From the NCBI GenBank assembly GCA_964016885.1, contig CAXHJY010000789.1, forward strand, positions 1 through 61,414: a DNA stretch of 61,414 nt, in the 5' to 3' direction. The stretch comes from Eledone cirrhosa (taxonomy: Eukaryota). Shown in pieces: positions 1-12,810 of the stretch (positions within the stretch are counted from its first letter, which is position 1; the number at the start of each line of letters is the position of its first letter). Both the position numbers and the translations under genes were made by a program. The notes beneath the pieces are model-generated. The model was not told the origin of the DNA. It did no database searches and worked only from the letters and a program-made list of their open reading frames with translations.

Positions 1-600
1 CAATCTCTCTCTCTCTCCCACTTTCTCTCTCCCACTTTCTCTCTCCCACTCTCTCTCTCCCACTTTCTCTCTCCCACTCTCTCTCTCCCACTCTCTCTCT
101 CCCACTCTCTCCCACTCTCTCACACTCTCTCTCCCACTCTCTCTCTCTCTCCCTTCCCACACACTCTCTTCCTCCCACTCTCTCTCCCTCCCACTCTCTC
201 TCCCTCCCACTCTCTCTCCACTCTCTCTATCTCCCACTCTCTCTCTCCCACTCTCTCTCTCCCTCTTTCTCTCTCCCACTCTCTCTCTCCCACTTTCTCT
301 CTCCCACTCTCTCCCACTCTCTCTCAATCTCTCTCTCTCTCTCCCACTCTCTCTCAATCTTTCGGTCTCTCCCACTCCGTCTCAATCTCTCTGACTCTCG
401 CTCATTCTTTCTGCCTCTCTGTCTGTCTGTCTTTCTCTCTCAATCTCTCCGACTATCTCTCTCAGGTTCTCCCACATTTTCTGCTTATTTCTTAATCTCT
501 CCGGCTCTCTCACTCTTTATACCTCCCTCTCTCTCTCTATCCTTGTCTTGCTTTCTCCCCCCCCCCCCCCTCCCCCTCTCTCTCTCCTCCCCTCTCTTTT
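1..600. repeat. CT-rich low-complexity / (CT)n-CCCA microsatellite
   Basis: Repeated ctctctctccca units. Confidence 0.95.
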
Positions 601-689
601 ACTTACTCTCACTATTTCACGTTCGCTCACCCTCGGTTCTAATTCTCCCCATAGTCTTCAATTACAATGTCAGGTCGGTTACCTTTCAC

Positions 690-930
690 ACCAACCAATC
701 TACCAGCCAACCAGCAAACTCACCTACAAACCAGCCAACAAATCAACCAACTCACCAGTCAGCCAGCCAACCTACCAACCAGCCAACCAACCTACCAGCC
801 AACCTACCAACCAGCCCAACCAACCTACCAACCAACCTACCAGCCAACCAACCTACCGACCAACCTACCAACCAACCTGCCAACCAATCTACCAGCCAAC
901 CAAACAATCAGCCAATTAGCCAACCAACGC
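690..930. repeat. (CCAA)n-like degenerate microsatellite
   Basis: Repeated ccaaccaacctaccagccaa motifs. Confidence 0.9.
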
Positions 931-949
931 AGCCTCTAACGTCATCACG

Positions 950-1862
950 GTTACCACCGCCACCGTCACCATTATTCCCACTACCACCACCAACACCCTC
1001 CGGAACCATCAACACCACCACCACCACCAGCAACAACAAGAACACCGCCATGGCCACCACCAGCATCACCATCCATATATAAACGTCATCACATCCAACA
1101 CAGCCACCGACGTCACCATTATTACCAGCAGTAGTAACACCACCACCACACACACCACCACTCCACATACAACACCACCACACACCACCTCCACACACTT
1201 ACAACACCACCACGCTCCACTACCACCACCACCACCAACACACCACCACTCCACAAACAACACCACCTCCACACACTTACAACACCACCACACGCCACTA
1301 CCACACAAACCCGCACTACACCCCCCCACAACCACCACACCACCACTCCACATACAACACCACCACCACACACCACCACACTCCACTACCACCACCACCA
1401 CACACTACCACCACCACCACACTCCACTACCACCACCACCACACACTACCACCACCACCACACTCCACTACCACCACCACCACACCACCACTCCACATAC
1501 AACACCAACACCACCACCACCACCACCACTCTCCACCACCACCACCACCACCACCACCACCACCACCACCACTACCACCACCACCACACCACCACTCCAC
1601 ATACAACACCACCACCACCCACCACCACCACCACCACACCACCACTCCACATACAACACCCACCACCACCACCACCACACACCACCGCACTTCACCACCA
1701 CACCACCACTCCACATACAACACCACCACCACACACCACCACACACCACCACACTCCACTACCACCACCACACCATAATACAACACCACCACCACCACCA
1801 CCACCTACAATGCTCTCTACCACCACCACCACCACTCCACCACCCCACATACAACACCCCAC
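950..1862. repeat. CAC-rich degenerate tandem repeat
   Basis: Recurrent caccactccacatacaacaccacc unit. Confidence 0.9.
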
Positions 1863-2004
1863 CCTCCCCTATTTTCAATATATATCCATTCACTTCCACA
1901 ATTCCAGTGACAGGCGAGACGCGAACTGGTGATATTGAAACAATTAATAAGCCAAACGAGAGCCAATTGCTGAGCACGTGATATGTAGATTTCTGCATCT
2001 ATAT

Positions 2005-4020
2005 TGGATGGTATGGCGGTATGTAGTGGTGGTGGTGTGGTGGTGATGGTGTGGTGGTGTGGTTGTGGTGGAGGTTGTGGTGATGGTGGTGTGATGGTGT
2101 GATGGTAGTGGTGGTGGTGTGGTGGGGGTGATGTGGTGGTAGTGGTGGTGGTGTGTTTGTGGTGGAGGTTGTGGTGAGGGTGGTGTGATGGTAGTGGTGA
2201 TGTTGTGGTGGGGGTGGTGTGGTGGTAGTGGTGGGGGTGGTGGTGTGTTTGTGTTGGAGGTTGTGGTGATGGTGGTGTGATGGTAGTGTTGATGTTGTGG
2301 TGGTGTGGTGGTAGTGGTGGTGGTGGTGGTGTGTTTGTGGTGGAGGTTGTGGTGATGGTGGTGTGATGGTGTGATGGTAGTGGTGGTGTGGTGGGGATGG
2401 CGTGGTGGTAGTGGTGGTGGTGGTGGTGGTGGTGTGTTTGTGGTGATGGTGGTGTGATGGTGTGATGGTAGTGGTGATGTTGTGGTGGTGTGGTGGTGGT
2501 GGTGTAGTGGTAGTGGTAGCGGTGGTGGTGGTGTGGTTGTGGTGGAGGTTGTGATGATGGTGGTGTAATGGTGTGATGGTAGTGGTGGTGGTATGGTAGT
2601 GTGGTGGTGGTGTGGTGTAGTGGTGGTGGTGTGGTGTAGTGGTGGTGGTGTGGTTGTGGTGGAGGTTGTGGTGATGGTGGTGTGATGGTGTGATGGTAGT
2701 GGTGATGTTGTGGTGGTATGGTAGTGTGGGGGTATGGTGGCGGTGGTGGTGTAGTGGTGGTGGTGTGGTGTAGTGGTAGTGGTGGTGTGGTGTGGTTGTG
2801 GTGGAGGTTGTGGTGATGGTGGTGTGATGGTGTGATGGTAGTGGTGATGTTGTGGTGGTGGTGTGGTTGGGGTATGGTGGTGGTGGTGGTGTGATGTAGT
2901 GGTGGTGTAGTGGTGGTGGTGTGGTGGTGTGGTTGTGGTGGAGGTTGTGGTGATAGTGGTGTGATGGTAGTGGTGGTGTTGTGGTGGTGTGGTGGTGTGG
3001 TGGTGGTGTGGTGTAGTGGTGGTGGTGTGGTGTAGTGGTGTAGTGGTGTAGTGGTGGTGTGGTTGTGGTGGAGGTTGTGGTGATGGTGGTGTGATGGTGT
3101 GATGGTAGTGTGGTGTGATGTAGTGGTGTAGTGGTGGTGGTGTGGTTGTGGTGGAGGTTGTGATGATGGTGGTGTGATGGTGTGATGGTAGTGGTGATGT
3201 TGTGGTGGTGTGGTGGTGTGGTGGTGGTGTGGTGGGGGTATGGTGGTGGTGTAGTGGTGGTGGTGTGGTGTAGTGGTAGTGGTGGTGTGATTGTGGTGGA
3301 GGTTGTGATGATGATGGTGTGATGGTAGTGGTGGTGTTGTGGTGGTATGGTAGTGTGGTGTGGTGGTGGTGGTGTCGTGTAGTGGTGTAGTGGTGGTGGT
3401 GGTGTGGTTGCGGTGGAGGTTGTGGTGATGGTGGTGTGATGGTGTGATGGTAGTGGTGATGTTGTGGTGGTATGGTGGTGGTGTGGTGTAGTGGTGGTGG
3501 TGTGGTTGTGGTGGAGGTTGTGGTGATGATGGTGTGATGGTAGTGGTGGTGGTATGGTAGTGTGGTGGTGGTGGTAGTGTGGTGTAGTGGTGTGGTGTAG
3601 TGGTGGTGGTGTGGTGGAGGTTGTGGTGATGGTGGTGTGATGGTGTGATGGTAGTGGTGGTGTTGTGGTGGTATGGTAGTGTGGTGTGGTGGTGGTATGG
3701 TGGTGATGATGGGATGGTGGTGTTATGGTGGTGTGGTTGTGATGTTGTTGTGGCGGTAGTGGTGATGTTGGTATGGTGGTAATATTGGTGGTATAGTGGT
3801 GTAGTGGTGATGGTGGTGTGGTGGTGGTTGTGTAGTGGTGGTGGTAGTATCGTGGTGTGGTTGTGGTGTGGTTGTTATGTTGTTGTGGAGGTTGTGGTGA
3901 TGATGGTGGTGGTGGTGGCATAGTGTTGGAGGTGGTAGTGATATAATGGTATGGTGGTGTGGTGGTAATGTGGTGGTAGTGTAATGGTGATGGTGGTATA
4001 GTGGTGGTGGTGGTATAGTA
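2005..4020. repeat. GTG-rich degenerate minisatellite
   Basis: Recurrent gtggtggaggttgtggtgatggtggtgtgatggtgtgatggtagt unit. The 640-aa H/T/P ORF is its translation. Confidence 0.9.
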
Positions 4021-4226
4021 TCGTAGCTGTAATCTCTCAATTCGGAGAAGTAGCAGCTCAACCTGGAGTGACTCTCTGATCTCTGAGCTACAAATCTGTC
4101 AAGTGATTCTTTCCTAAGACATTCTAACCACATGCCTGTAGTAGCGACTCTATATACCCCCTCACACACATAATATTGAGAGTAGATGTTACAGGACGCG
4201 TTCTCGTTCATTCGATGACCAAAGTC

Positions 4227-4285
4227 GATTTTCTGACGATGTCTTCACAGAAGAGAACCGAAACAGAACTAGTCCTGTAAAATTC
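4227..4285 (+). ncRNA. Degenerate type-I hammerhead ribozyme
   Basis: gatttt-CTGACGA-tg tcttc aca gaaga gaacc-GAAA-cagaactagtcctg-TA-aaattc. Stem III is near-palindromic (ACAGaACTAGTcCTGT); stem I has one mismatch; the stem II base is decayed. Confidence 0.6.
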
Positions 4286-4399
4286 AATTCGCAATAAAAT
4301 AAAGTCGTACCCTCTCCTCTTTACACGATATATTGTATATCTTTCATTGTGCATCAGTACGATGCCTCTATGAATCCATCAAAGAGTTACGCGCCCTTG

Positions 4400-4441
<42 letters not shown>

Positions 4442-4678
4442 AAAAACAGACCCTTCAATATATTTTCCGTGATATTTCCAATTTCACCTTTTCTCTATAA
4501 CCACTGTTTTGTATATAATTTTACTTACCATTTCAAATACATATATATATATATATATAATACATATATCGAATATTGGTATTCTATCATAGTCTGCTCT
4601 GTAAGAGCATAGAGGGCTCAACCGGCATACCGCCTATGGAACGATCTTAGCTACCATCAGACACACACACATATATAC

Positions 4679-4712
<34 letters not shown>

Positions 4713-4726
4713 TTAAACATTGTGTA

Positions 4727-4773
4727 AGCTCCGATGATTCCAGACAATTATCTGGAAGAAACGATCCTCAGCT
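4727..4773 (+). ncRNA. Minimal type-I hammerhead ribozyme (2 substitutions)
   Basis: agct-CcGATGA-ttccaga caatta tctggaa-GAAA-cgatcc-TC-agct. Stem II is a perfect 7 bp; stem III is one change from the palindrome ACGATCGT. Confidence 0.65.
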
Positions 4774-4980
4774 CTTAAATGTATTAAGCAAAAATTAGAT
4801 TGTTTTTATATTTTGTATCTCTGCTCTGTAATACATCTGATAATTTACATTGGGCTATTTCTCTTACTGGTAATCGGGTAGCGCAGCACACTACTCTTTC
4901 ATATTTATAATTATATATAACTCATATATAAGTATAAATAATATTATTAGCATATATATATATATATATATGTGTGTGTA

Positions 4981-5517
<537 letters not shown>

Positions 5518-5627
5518 AGCGAGAAACTAAAAATAATTTTTGTGGTTGCAGCTCATTGTTTGTCTTCTCATTTATTGAAACATACACACACACACATATA
5601 TATATACATATATATATATACATACAT

Positions 5628-5711
<84 letters not shown>

Positions 5712-5776
5712 TACATATATATTCATATATATATATATACATATATATTCATATATATATATATACATATATATTC

Positions 5777-5807
<31 letters not shown>

Positions 5808-5878
5808 CATATACATATATATATAAATATATATATATACATATATACATATATATATAAATATATATATATACATAT

Positions 5879-5982
<104 letters not shown>

Positions 5983-6453
5983 ATATATATACACATATAT
6001 ATATATACATATACATATATATATATACACATATATATATATACACATATATATATATATACACATATATATATATACACATATATATATATACACACAT
6101 ATACATATATATATATACACATATATATATATACACATATATATATACATTATATATATATATATCGACAGAGAGAGATCACAACAGGGGTGTCGAGTGT
6201 CGAATGCCGAATTATATGTTACGCCAGTGCAACCTTTTCACTACAAATTTGACCTCAGTCCGAGCATTACTTTGGAAGATGGCGGACGAGTCTAAGATGG
6301 CGACGATTTCCAGCGTTGTGGCCGAAAGCTTTCCAGCTTAAACAACGTAAACAATCTTTTGTTGTGTTGGCACTGCATACAAATAGTCACACTGTCACTG
6401 ACTGTCCGCATTCAATCAGTTTGTCAGCTCAGGCACACACACACACACACACG

Positions 6454-6485
<32 letters not shown>

Positions 6486-6507
6486 CACGCACACACACAC
6501 ACACACG

Positions 6508-6539
<32 letters not shown>

Positions 6540-6610
6540 CACACGCACACGCACACACACAAACACACAGACACACACACACAGACACACACACAGACAC
6601 AGACACAGAC

Positions 6611-6643
<33 letters not shown>

Positions 6644-6767
6644 GAGGGTGAGAGAGAGAGATGCACAGAGACATACAGAAATACATACATAGATGCATAC
6701 ATTCACACATAAATACACACATTCAATCAGTTTGTCAGCTCAGACACACACATACGGAGTGATAGAT

Positions 6768-6862
<95 letters not shown>

Positions 6863-6954
6863 GAGAGGGTGAGAGACAGAGATAGATAGATGCACAGAAA
6901 CACACAGAAATACATACATAGATGCATACATTCTCACATAAATACACACATACC

Positions 6955-7000
<46 letters not shown>

Positions 7001-7005
<5 letters not shown>

Positions 7006-7220
7006 ATACTTTGGGAGGGTCATGTTGCCAATAAGAAACACACGCACCAGTAACTTTCACTTCAATTTATTATATATTTATTTATAAATTTCTGGTTAGT
7101 TGGTTGGTTCCACAACCAGGTAGTTGTTTATATATAGTCATAGTCTTTTCGTCACACACTCTGTGACCTCTTCAGTGACTGGGGATTCCTTTCTTTGTTT
7201 CTGTGCCTCTCCTTTGTTCT
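7001..7220 (-). mobile_element. Penelope-like pLTR remnant (family D) ending in (TA)n
   Basis: Contains the hammerhead at 7136-7180. Its terminal motif atgaccctcccaaagtataacaa-(TA)n recurs at ~9112-9143, ~23900-23940 and ~34058-34080, with a close variant at ~36767-36790 and ~51811-51831. Confidence 0.6.
7136..7180 (-). ncRNA. Minimal type-I hammerhead ribozyme
   Basis: Minus strand agtca-CTGAAGA-g-gtcac agagtgt gtgac-GAAA-agac-TA-tgact. Perfect 5-bp stems I and II, with one extra nucleotide after A9. Confidence 0.75.
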
Positions 7221-7261
7221 GTCCTACGCCATTTTGTTCTATATATATATATATATATATA

Positions 7262-7381
7262 TAGGAAAAAATATGACCCCGACGGCAGAGCTCAAGCCGT
7301 TTCGACGGCTATTTCTGGACTATTCTGTCCAGAAATAGCCGTCGAAACGGCATGAGCTCTGCCGTCGGGGTCATACTTTTT

Positions 7382-7385
<4 letters not shown>
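7262..7385. mobile_element. Fold-back half-hammerhead element (family A)
   Basis: 59-bp inverted arms around tattct. Each strand carries GAAAC-ggc..gagctc..gcc-GTC. (TA)n on both sides. Confidence 0.75.
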
Positions 7386-7428
<43 letters not shown>

Positions 7429-7499
7429 ACACACACTACCCTAAGTATTGAGTACTCTGGTGCGTTATGGTCCATCTGGTTCCTTACCACAATTCCTTT

Positions 7500-7552
<53 letters not shown>

Positions 7553-7557
<5 letters not shown>

Positions 7558-7768
7558 AACGAGTAGGACCCCGACGGCTGAGCTCAAGCCGTTTCGACGG
7601 CTAATTCTGGACTAAATAAAAATGTTCATTTAGTCCAGAATTAGCCGTCGAAACGGCTTGAGCTCAGCCGTCGGGGTCCTACTCGTTCCTATTACCCACT
7701 CTACTACCCTAAGTATTGAGTACTTTGGTGCGTTATGGTCCACCTGGTTCCTTACCACATTTCCTCCG

Positions 7769-7770
<2 letters not shown>
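7553..7770 (+). mobile_element. Family A element: fold-back plus 3' extension ending in (TA)n
   Basis: Palindrome 7553-7692, then tail ...ctactaccctaagtattgagtac...ccttaccacatttcctccgtt. The tail also occurs at 7434-7503. Confidence 0.75.
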
Positions 7771-7810
<40 letters not shown>

Positions 7811-7814
<4 letters not shown>

Positions 7815-7997
7815 TTGTTTCTACTTTTGGCACAAGGCCAGCAAGTACCCAGTACATTACTGGTACTTTATTTTATCGACCCCGTAGGGATGAAAGGCAA
7901 AGTTGACCTCGGCGAGATTTGAACTCAGATCGTAAAGGGACGTAACTATGCTGGAAAGCATGGCGTCCAACCCTCTACCGATACTGCCAATCCACCG
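7811..7997 (-). mobile_element. tRNA-derived SINE (octopus-type)
   Basis: Reverse complement of ggtggattggcagtatcggtagag (A-box-like) ... gagttcaaatc (B-box) ... ggggtcgataaaataaagtaccag ... gctggccttgtgcc...gtagaaacaattatt. Confidence 0.9.
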
Positions 7998-8150
7998 AAT
8001 GCATGCATATACACATATATATAATGCATACATATATACATATATACATACAGGCAAACAAACATATATATTCGCGTAACGTATACATCTAAATACAAAA
8101 AATATATGCTTAATCTATATTTGTATACATATGTGTGCATCTACATATAT

Positions 8151-8205
<55 letters not shown>

Positions 8206-8622
8206 TATACATTATTTATCTATATATATATAACCTTACATAAGTACCAGAAATGCACTGGGTAATTTGCTGGCCTTGTACCAAAAGTAGAAACAATTAT
8301 ATATATTACATACATACATCATATATATATATATGCATTCATTATACATTATATATACATATAAATATATATATAAGTGTATACATATATATGTATATAT
8401 ATATGTATATATATATATATAATGAATGTATATATATATATGTATATATATATATACATTCATTATACATATTATATATATATAAATATTATATATATAT
8501 ATATATGTATATATACATAAATTCATTATACATATTATATATATATATAAATATAATATATATATATATATGCATATATATAAATAAATAAATAAATAAA
8601 TAAATACACACACATATATATA

Positions 8623-8660
<38 letters not shown>

Positions 8661-8754
8661 TGTATATATACATACATTCATTATACATATTATATATACA
8701 TTCATTATACATTATATAAACATAAACAAATATATATGTGTATATATACATATG

Positions 8755-8788
<34 letters not shown>

Positions 8789-8956
8789 ATGAATGTATAT
8801 ATATATATATGTATATATATATATACATTCATTAGACATATTATATATATATGTATATATACATAAATTCATTATACATATATATACATATATATATAAA
8901 TATAATATATATATATATATATATATGCATATATATAAATAAATAAATAAATAAAT

Positions 8957-9011
<55 letters not shown>

Positions 9012-9155
9012 TGTATATATACTTACATTCATTATACATATTATATATATATATATATATATATATAAGCATATATAAATAAATAAATATATATATAAAT
9101 ATATATATATATTGTTATACTTTGGGAGGGTCATGTTGCCAATAATTCAGAAACG

Positions 9156-9216
<61 letters not shown>

Positions 9217-9334
9217 CCCGGCCATTATCAAGCCATCAAAATATGATCGGATGTAATACAAGAAAGTATCACTGAGTGGAGAGAAAATATATCAGACGCG
9301 ATATTAATCTTCTCGAGAGTTATTAAATATCTCT

Positions 9335-9392
<58 letters not shown>

Positions 9393-9410
9393 TATATACA
9401 CGCACACACA

Positions 9411-9450
<40 letters not shown>

Positions 9451-9492
9451 GTGTGTCTGTGTGTGCATCTTGGTGTGGGCCTATATGTATGT

Positions 9493-9551
<59 letters not shown>

Positions 9552-9603
9552 TATGTATATATGTATATGTATACGTATATATATGTATTTATATCTATGT
9601 ATG

Positions 9604-9636
<33 letters not shown>

Positions 9637-9686
9637 TTATCTATATATGTATGTATAGATCTATATATGTATGCATATATTTATAC

Positions 9687-9718
<32 letters not shown>

Positions 9719-9729
9719 GTGTGTATTTG

Positions 9730-9798
<69 letters not shown>

Positions 9799-10007
9799 AT
9801 ATGTATACATATGTGTGTATTTGTATATGTATATATGTGTGTGTGTATTTATACATGTATTTATATGTATGTATACATATGTATGTGTATGTATATATAT
9901 ATATGTATATGTATGCGTATGTATATATATATATATGTGTGTATATGTATATACATATATGTACATATATGTCCATATGTTTATATATATGCATATGTAT
10001 GTGTATA

Positions 10008-10038
<31 letters not shown>

Positions 10039-10134
10039 GTACATATATTTATATATATATATATATATATATATGTACATATATTTATATATATGCATAT
10101 ATATATGTGTATATATCAATATATATGTGTGTGC

Positions 10135-10172
<38 letters not shown>

Positions 10173-10174
<2 letters not shown>

Positions 10175-10191
10175 GGATCGCGTAACACATA

Positions 10192-10258
<67 letters not shown>

Positions 10259-10276
10259 ACGTGTTACGCGATCCGT
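10173..10276. repeat. 23-bp inverted repeat bracketing a (TA)n/(CA)n tract
   Basis: acggatcgcgtaacacatagtgt ... acactacgtgttacgcgatccgt (1 mismatch). Confidence 0.8.
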
Positions 10277-10452
10277 ATTCTCTATACAGACCTGTTGTCT
10301 ATGCAGGTGTCGACGGAATGGTTAGATAGAATTCTGGCACCAGACCGTCCTACATACTATGTTACGTATATATACGTAATATATACACACTCATGTATGC
10401 ATATATATATTTATATATACACACACACACAAGCACTTATATATATATATAT

Positions 10453-10722
10453 AGAAAAAATGATGAAATCGAAAAGGCAACTGGAGTCTTATTTAAACAA
10501 ATATATATATATTTTTTTGGTTCCTTTACCGGTTTCACAGTTCTTCTGCTTTTCAAAAGTATAGTTGAGATGGAGGGTCTGTGGAGATGTGAGAAAAACC
10601 ACAGACCCTCCATCTCAACTCTACTTTTGAAAAGTAGAATAACTGCGAAACCGGTAAAGGAACTAAATAAATATATATATATTTTTAAAAAATAAGACTA
10701 CAGTTTCATTTTCGATTTCATC
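10453..10722. repeat. Fold-back element, ~130-bp arms, with hammerhead 3' half
   Basis: Arms pair around agatgtgagaaaaa. GAAACCGGTA at 10647-10656, with its complement in the left arm. Confidence 0.8.
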
Positions 10723-10742
10723 TTTTTTTCTTTATACTTTCA

Positions 10743-10780
<38 letters not shown>

Positions 10781-10854
10781 TATTGAAATTTCCGTTGAAA
10801 ACAGAAAAGGTCATAGAAGTGAAGAGTGCTCTATGTAAGTATCAGAGCAAAATT

Positions 10855-10924
10855 TAATGTATAAAAATTAATACAATATAATTACCTCATTGATGAGGTA
10901 ATTATATTGTATTGATTTTTATAC

Positions 10925-10928
<4 letters not shown>
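10855..10928. repeat. AT-rich palindrome
   Basis: taatgtataaaaattaatacaatataattacctcat / atgaggtaattatattgtattgatttttatacatta. Confidence 0.85.
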
Positions 10929-10964
<36 letters not shown>

Positions 10965-11169
10965 AAGAATGAAGAGTGACATGGTTGTCTGTACAATAAG
11001 GCGGTTTATTTCAAGTACTGACAATTGTTTCATTGATCAGGTGAGTCTAGAGGTTGCTAATCGCTTGAAGTTTTGAAGTTGCGTCACTCACTCGATTTCC
11101 AATACATTATTTACCTCTGACCAACACCCCACAGTACGTATATATTACCTATAACGATAACTTATTATC

Positions 11170-11230
<61 letters not shown>

Positions 11231-11235
<5 letters not shown>

Positions 11236-11442
11236 ACTAGAAATTGATTGACATATGATTAAACATATGAAACAATCACAGGGGATAATTTGTAAAAGTG
11301 TGTAAGCACACATAGCTAGGTAGGTAACTAAATAATTTATTTAGTTAACTGCCTAGCTATGTGTGCTTACACACTTTTACCAATTATCCCCTGTGATTGT
11401 TTCATATGTTTAATTATATGTCAATCAATGTCTAGTTGATAT
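11231..11442. repeat. Fold-back element, ~104-bp arms
   Basis: atcaactagaaattgattgacatatg...taactaaataa / ttatttagttaac...gtcaatcaatgtctagttgat; few mismatches. Confidence 0.9.
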
Positions 11443-11571
11443 AAAATGCTCGGATCTATTCATTAGAATCTTGGAGCATATTTTACGGGTGATATGGCGC
11501 ATGTCTATCTGGCATGACACCCTTAATTTAATTTGATTTAATTTAATTTAATTCAATTTATCTTAATTTTG

Positions 11572-11611
<40 letters not shown>

Positions 11612-11860
11612 TGGTTTAACTAACATGTATACCTAGTCATTGCGATTAGTAGACCATGATGCACTATTAAAATGCATTCAACGTTCTGCACATATTCTAT
11701 CAAATATGTAGTATATCGTTGATGATGCAGAAATGAAGCCAAAGACCCGAATGAAAATATAAAATAGTCGTTTTCTCACATATCCCCCTTAATTTTAATC
11801 CCAATGCATAATATACATTTCTGTGGTCGGCATACACCATCAAATAATGATGCAAGACAA

Positions 11861-12026
11861 TGATGGAGAATGCATTTCTTCGGAGTGCGGGGAGGGAGAC
11901 GCAATGAGACAGTCACACTACCTGGCAGGACTCACACCTTTGGGTGGCCTACTCCACTCCAATTGCAATAAGTAGAGATGCGGTCCTTGGCCCAAGAACG
12001 CCGGAAATCTCCACTGCTAGGTTATG
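11861..12026. repeat. Unclassified GC-rich structured repeat, copy 1
   Basis: Aligns by eye with 12548-12697 (atggagaatgcatt ... gatgcggtcc ... ccaagaac.ccggaa.tctccac ... taggttatg). Confidence 0.7.
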
Positions 12027-12204
12027 CTCCTGTGGGAGCCCCTACATGGACACACTAGAAGAGGAAGACCAAGGTTAACGTATGTTGATGCCCTAAGGAC
12101 AGACACTGGAGACGCAGGACATGGCAGCGATAATGAGGGACAGAGACCGCTGGAGAGAACTCGTCCATGGATCTCATGAATTTTACCCACCTTAGATAGA
12201 TAGA
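12027..12204 (+). mobile_element. 5'-truncated RTE-like LINE 3' end with 9-bp TSD
   Basis: Encodes [28 protein letters not shown]... and has a (TAGA)n tail. taggttatg is duplicated at 12018-12026 and 12205-12213. Confidence 0.8.
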
Positions 12205-12547
12205 TAGGTTATGTTCCAAGCACCAGCTTAATAAAAATAAGGTAACGATGGGGTATATATTTATATGTAAACCTTTATTAACTTATGTTCCAAATACCAG
12301 CTTTATAATGAAAAAGTTAATTATTTTACTAAATCTTCCAAATTCGTGATTGTTTTTTTTTAATTAATAGAAAATCAGAGAGAGAGAGAGTCTTTCAACA
12401 GAAATCTGTAAACGATGGGGGTATATATTTATATATAAATCTTTATTAAGTTGTTGAAGTGAGGTCCAAAACGTGTATCCTCCACCTCTTACTAACTTAC
12501 CCTCCACCTCTTACTAACTTACCCTCCACCTCTGGGTCCCGGCCGAT

Positions 12548-12697
12548 ATGGAGAATGCATTGCCCCAAAGGACGGTTAGCGAGACGAGCTGAAATAGCAG
12601 GGCTCGCGCCTGCGAGCGGCCAATTCCGCCCCGATAGCACTAAATAGGGATGCGGTCCGGGACCAAGAACTCCGGAAGTCTCCACCGATAGGTTATG
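12548..12697. repeat. Unclassified GC-rich structured repeat, copy 2
   Basis: See copy 1; compensatory changes between the copies. Confidence 0.7.
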
Positions 12698-12810
12698 TTC
12701 CACACACCCTCTTATTAATGAGAAAGTTAGTTATATTAGTAAATCCCTCCGAATACTTCATTATTATTTTTTAATTACGTTATAATTTCATTATAAAGCT
12801 GGTATTTGGA

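Noticed and set aside
1999-3921. 640-aa His/Thr/Pro ORF
   Set aside because: Translation of the GTG minisatellite; no domain signal.
11708-11745. Possible hammerhead (ttgatgatgc...gccaaagacc)
   Set aside because: Both core strands are mutated and the stems are too short.
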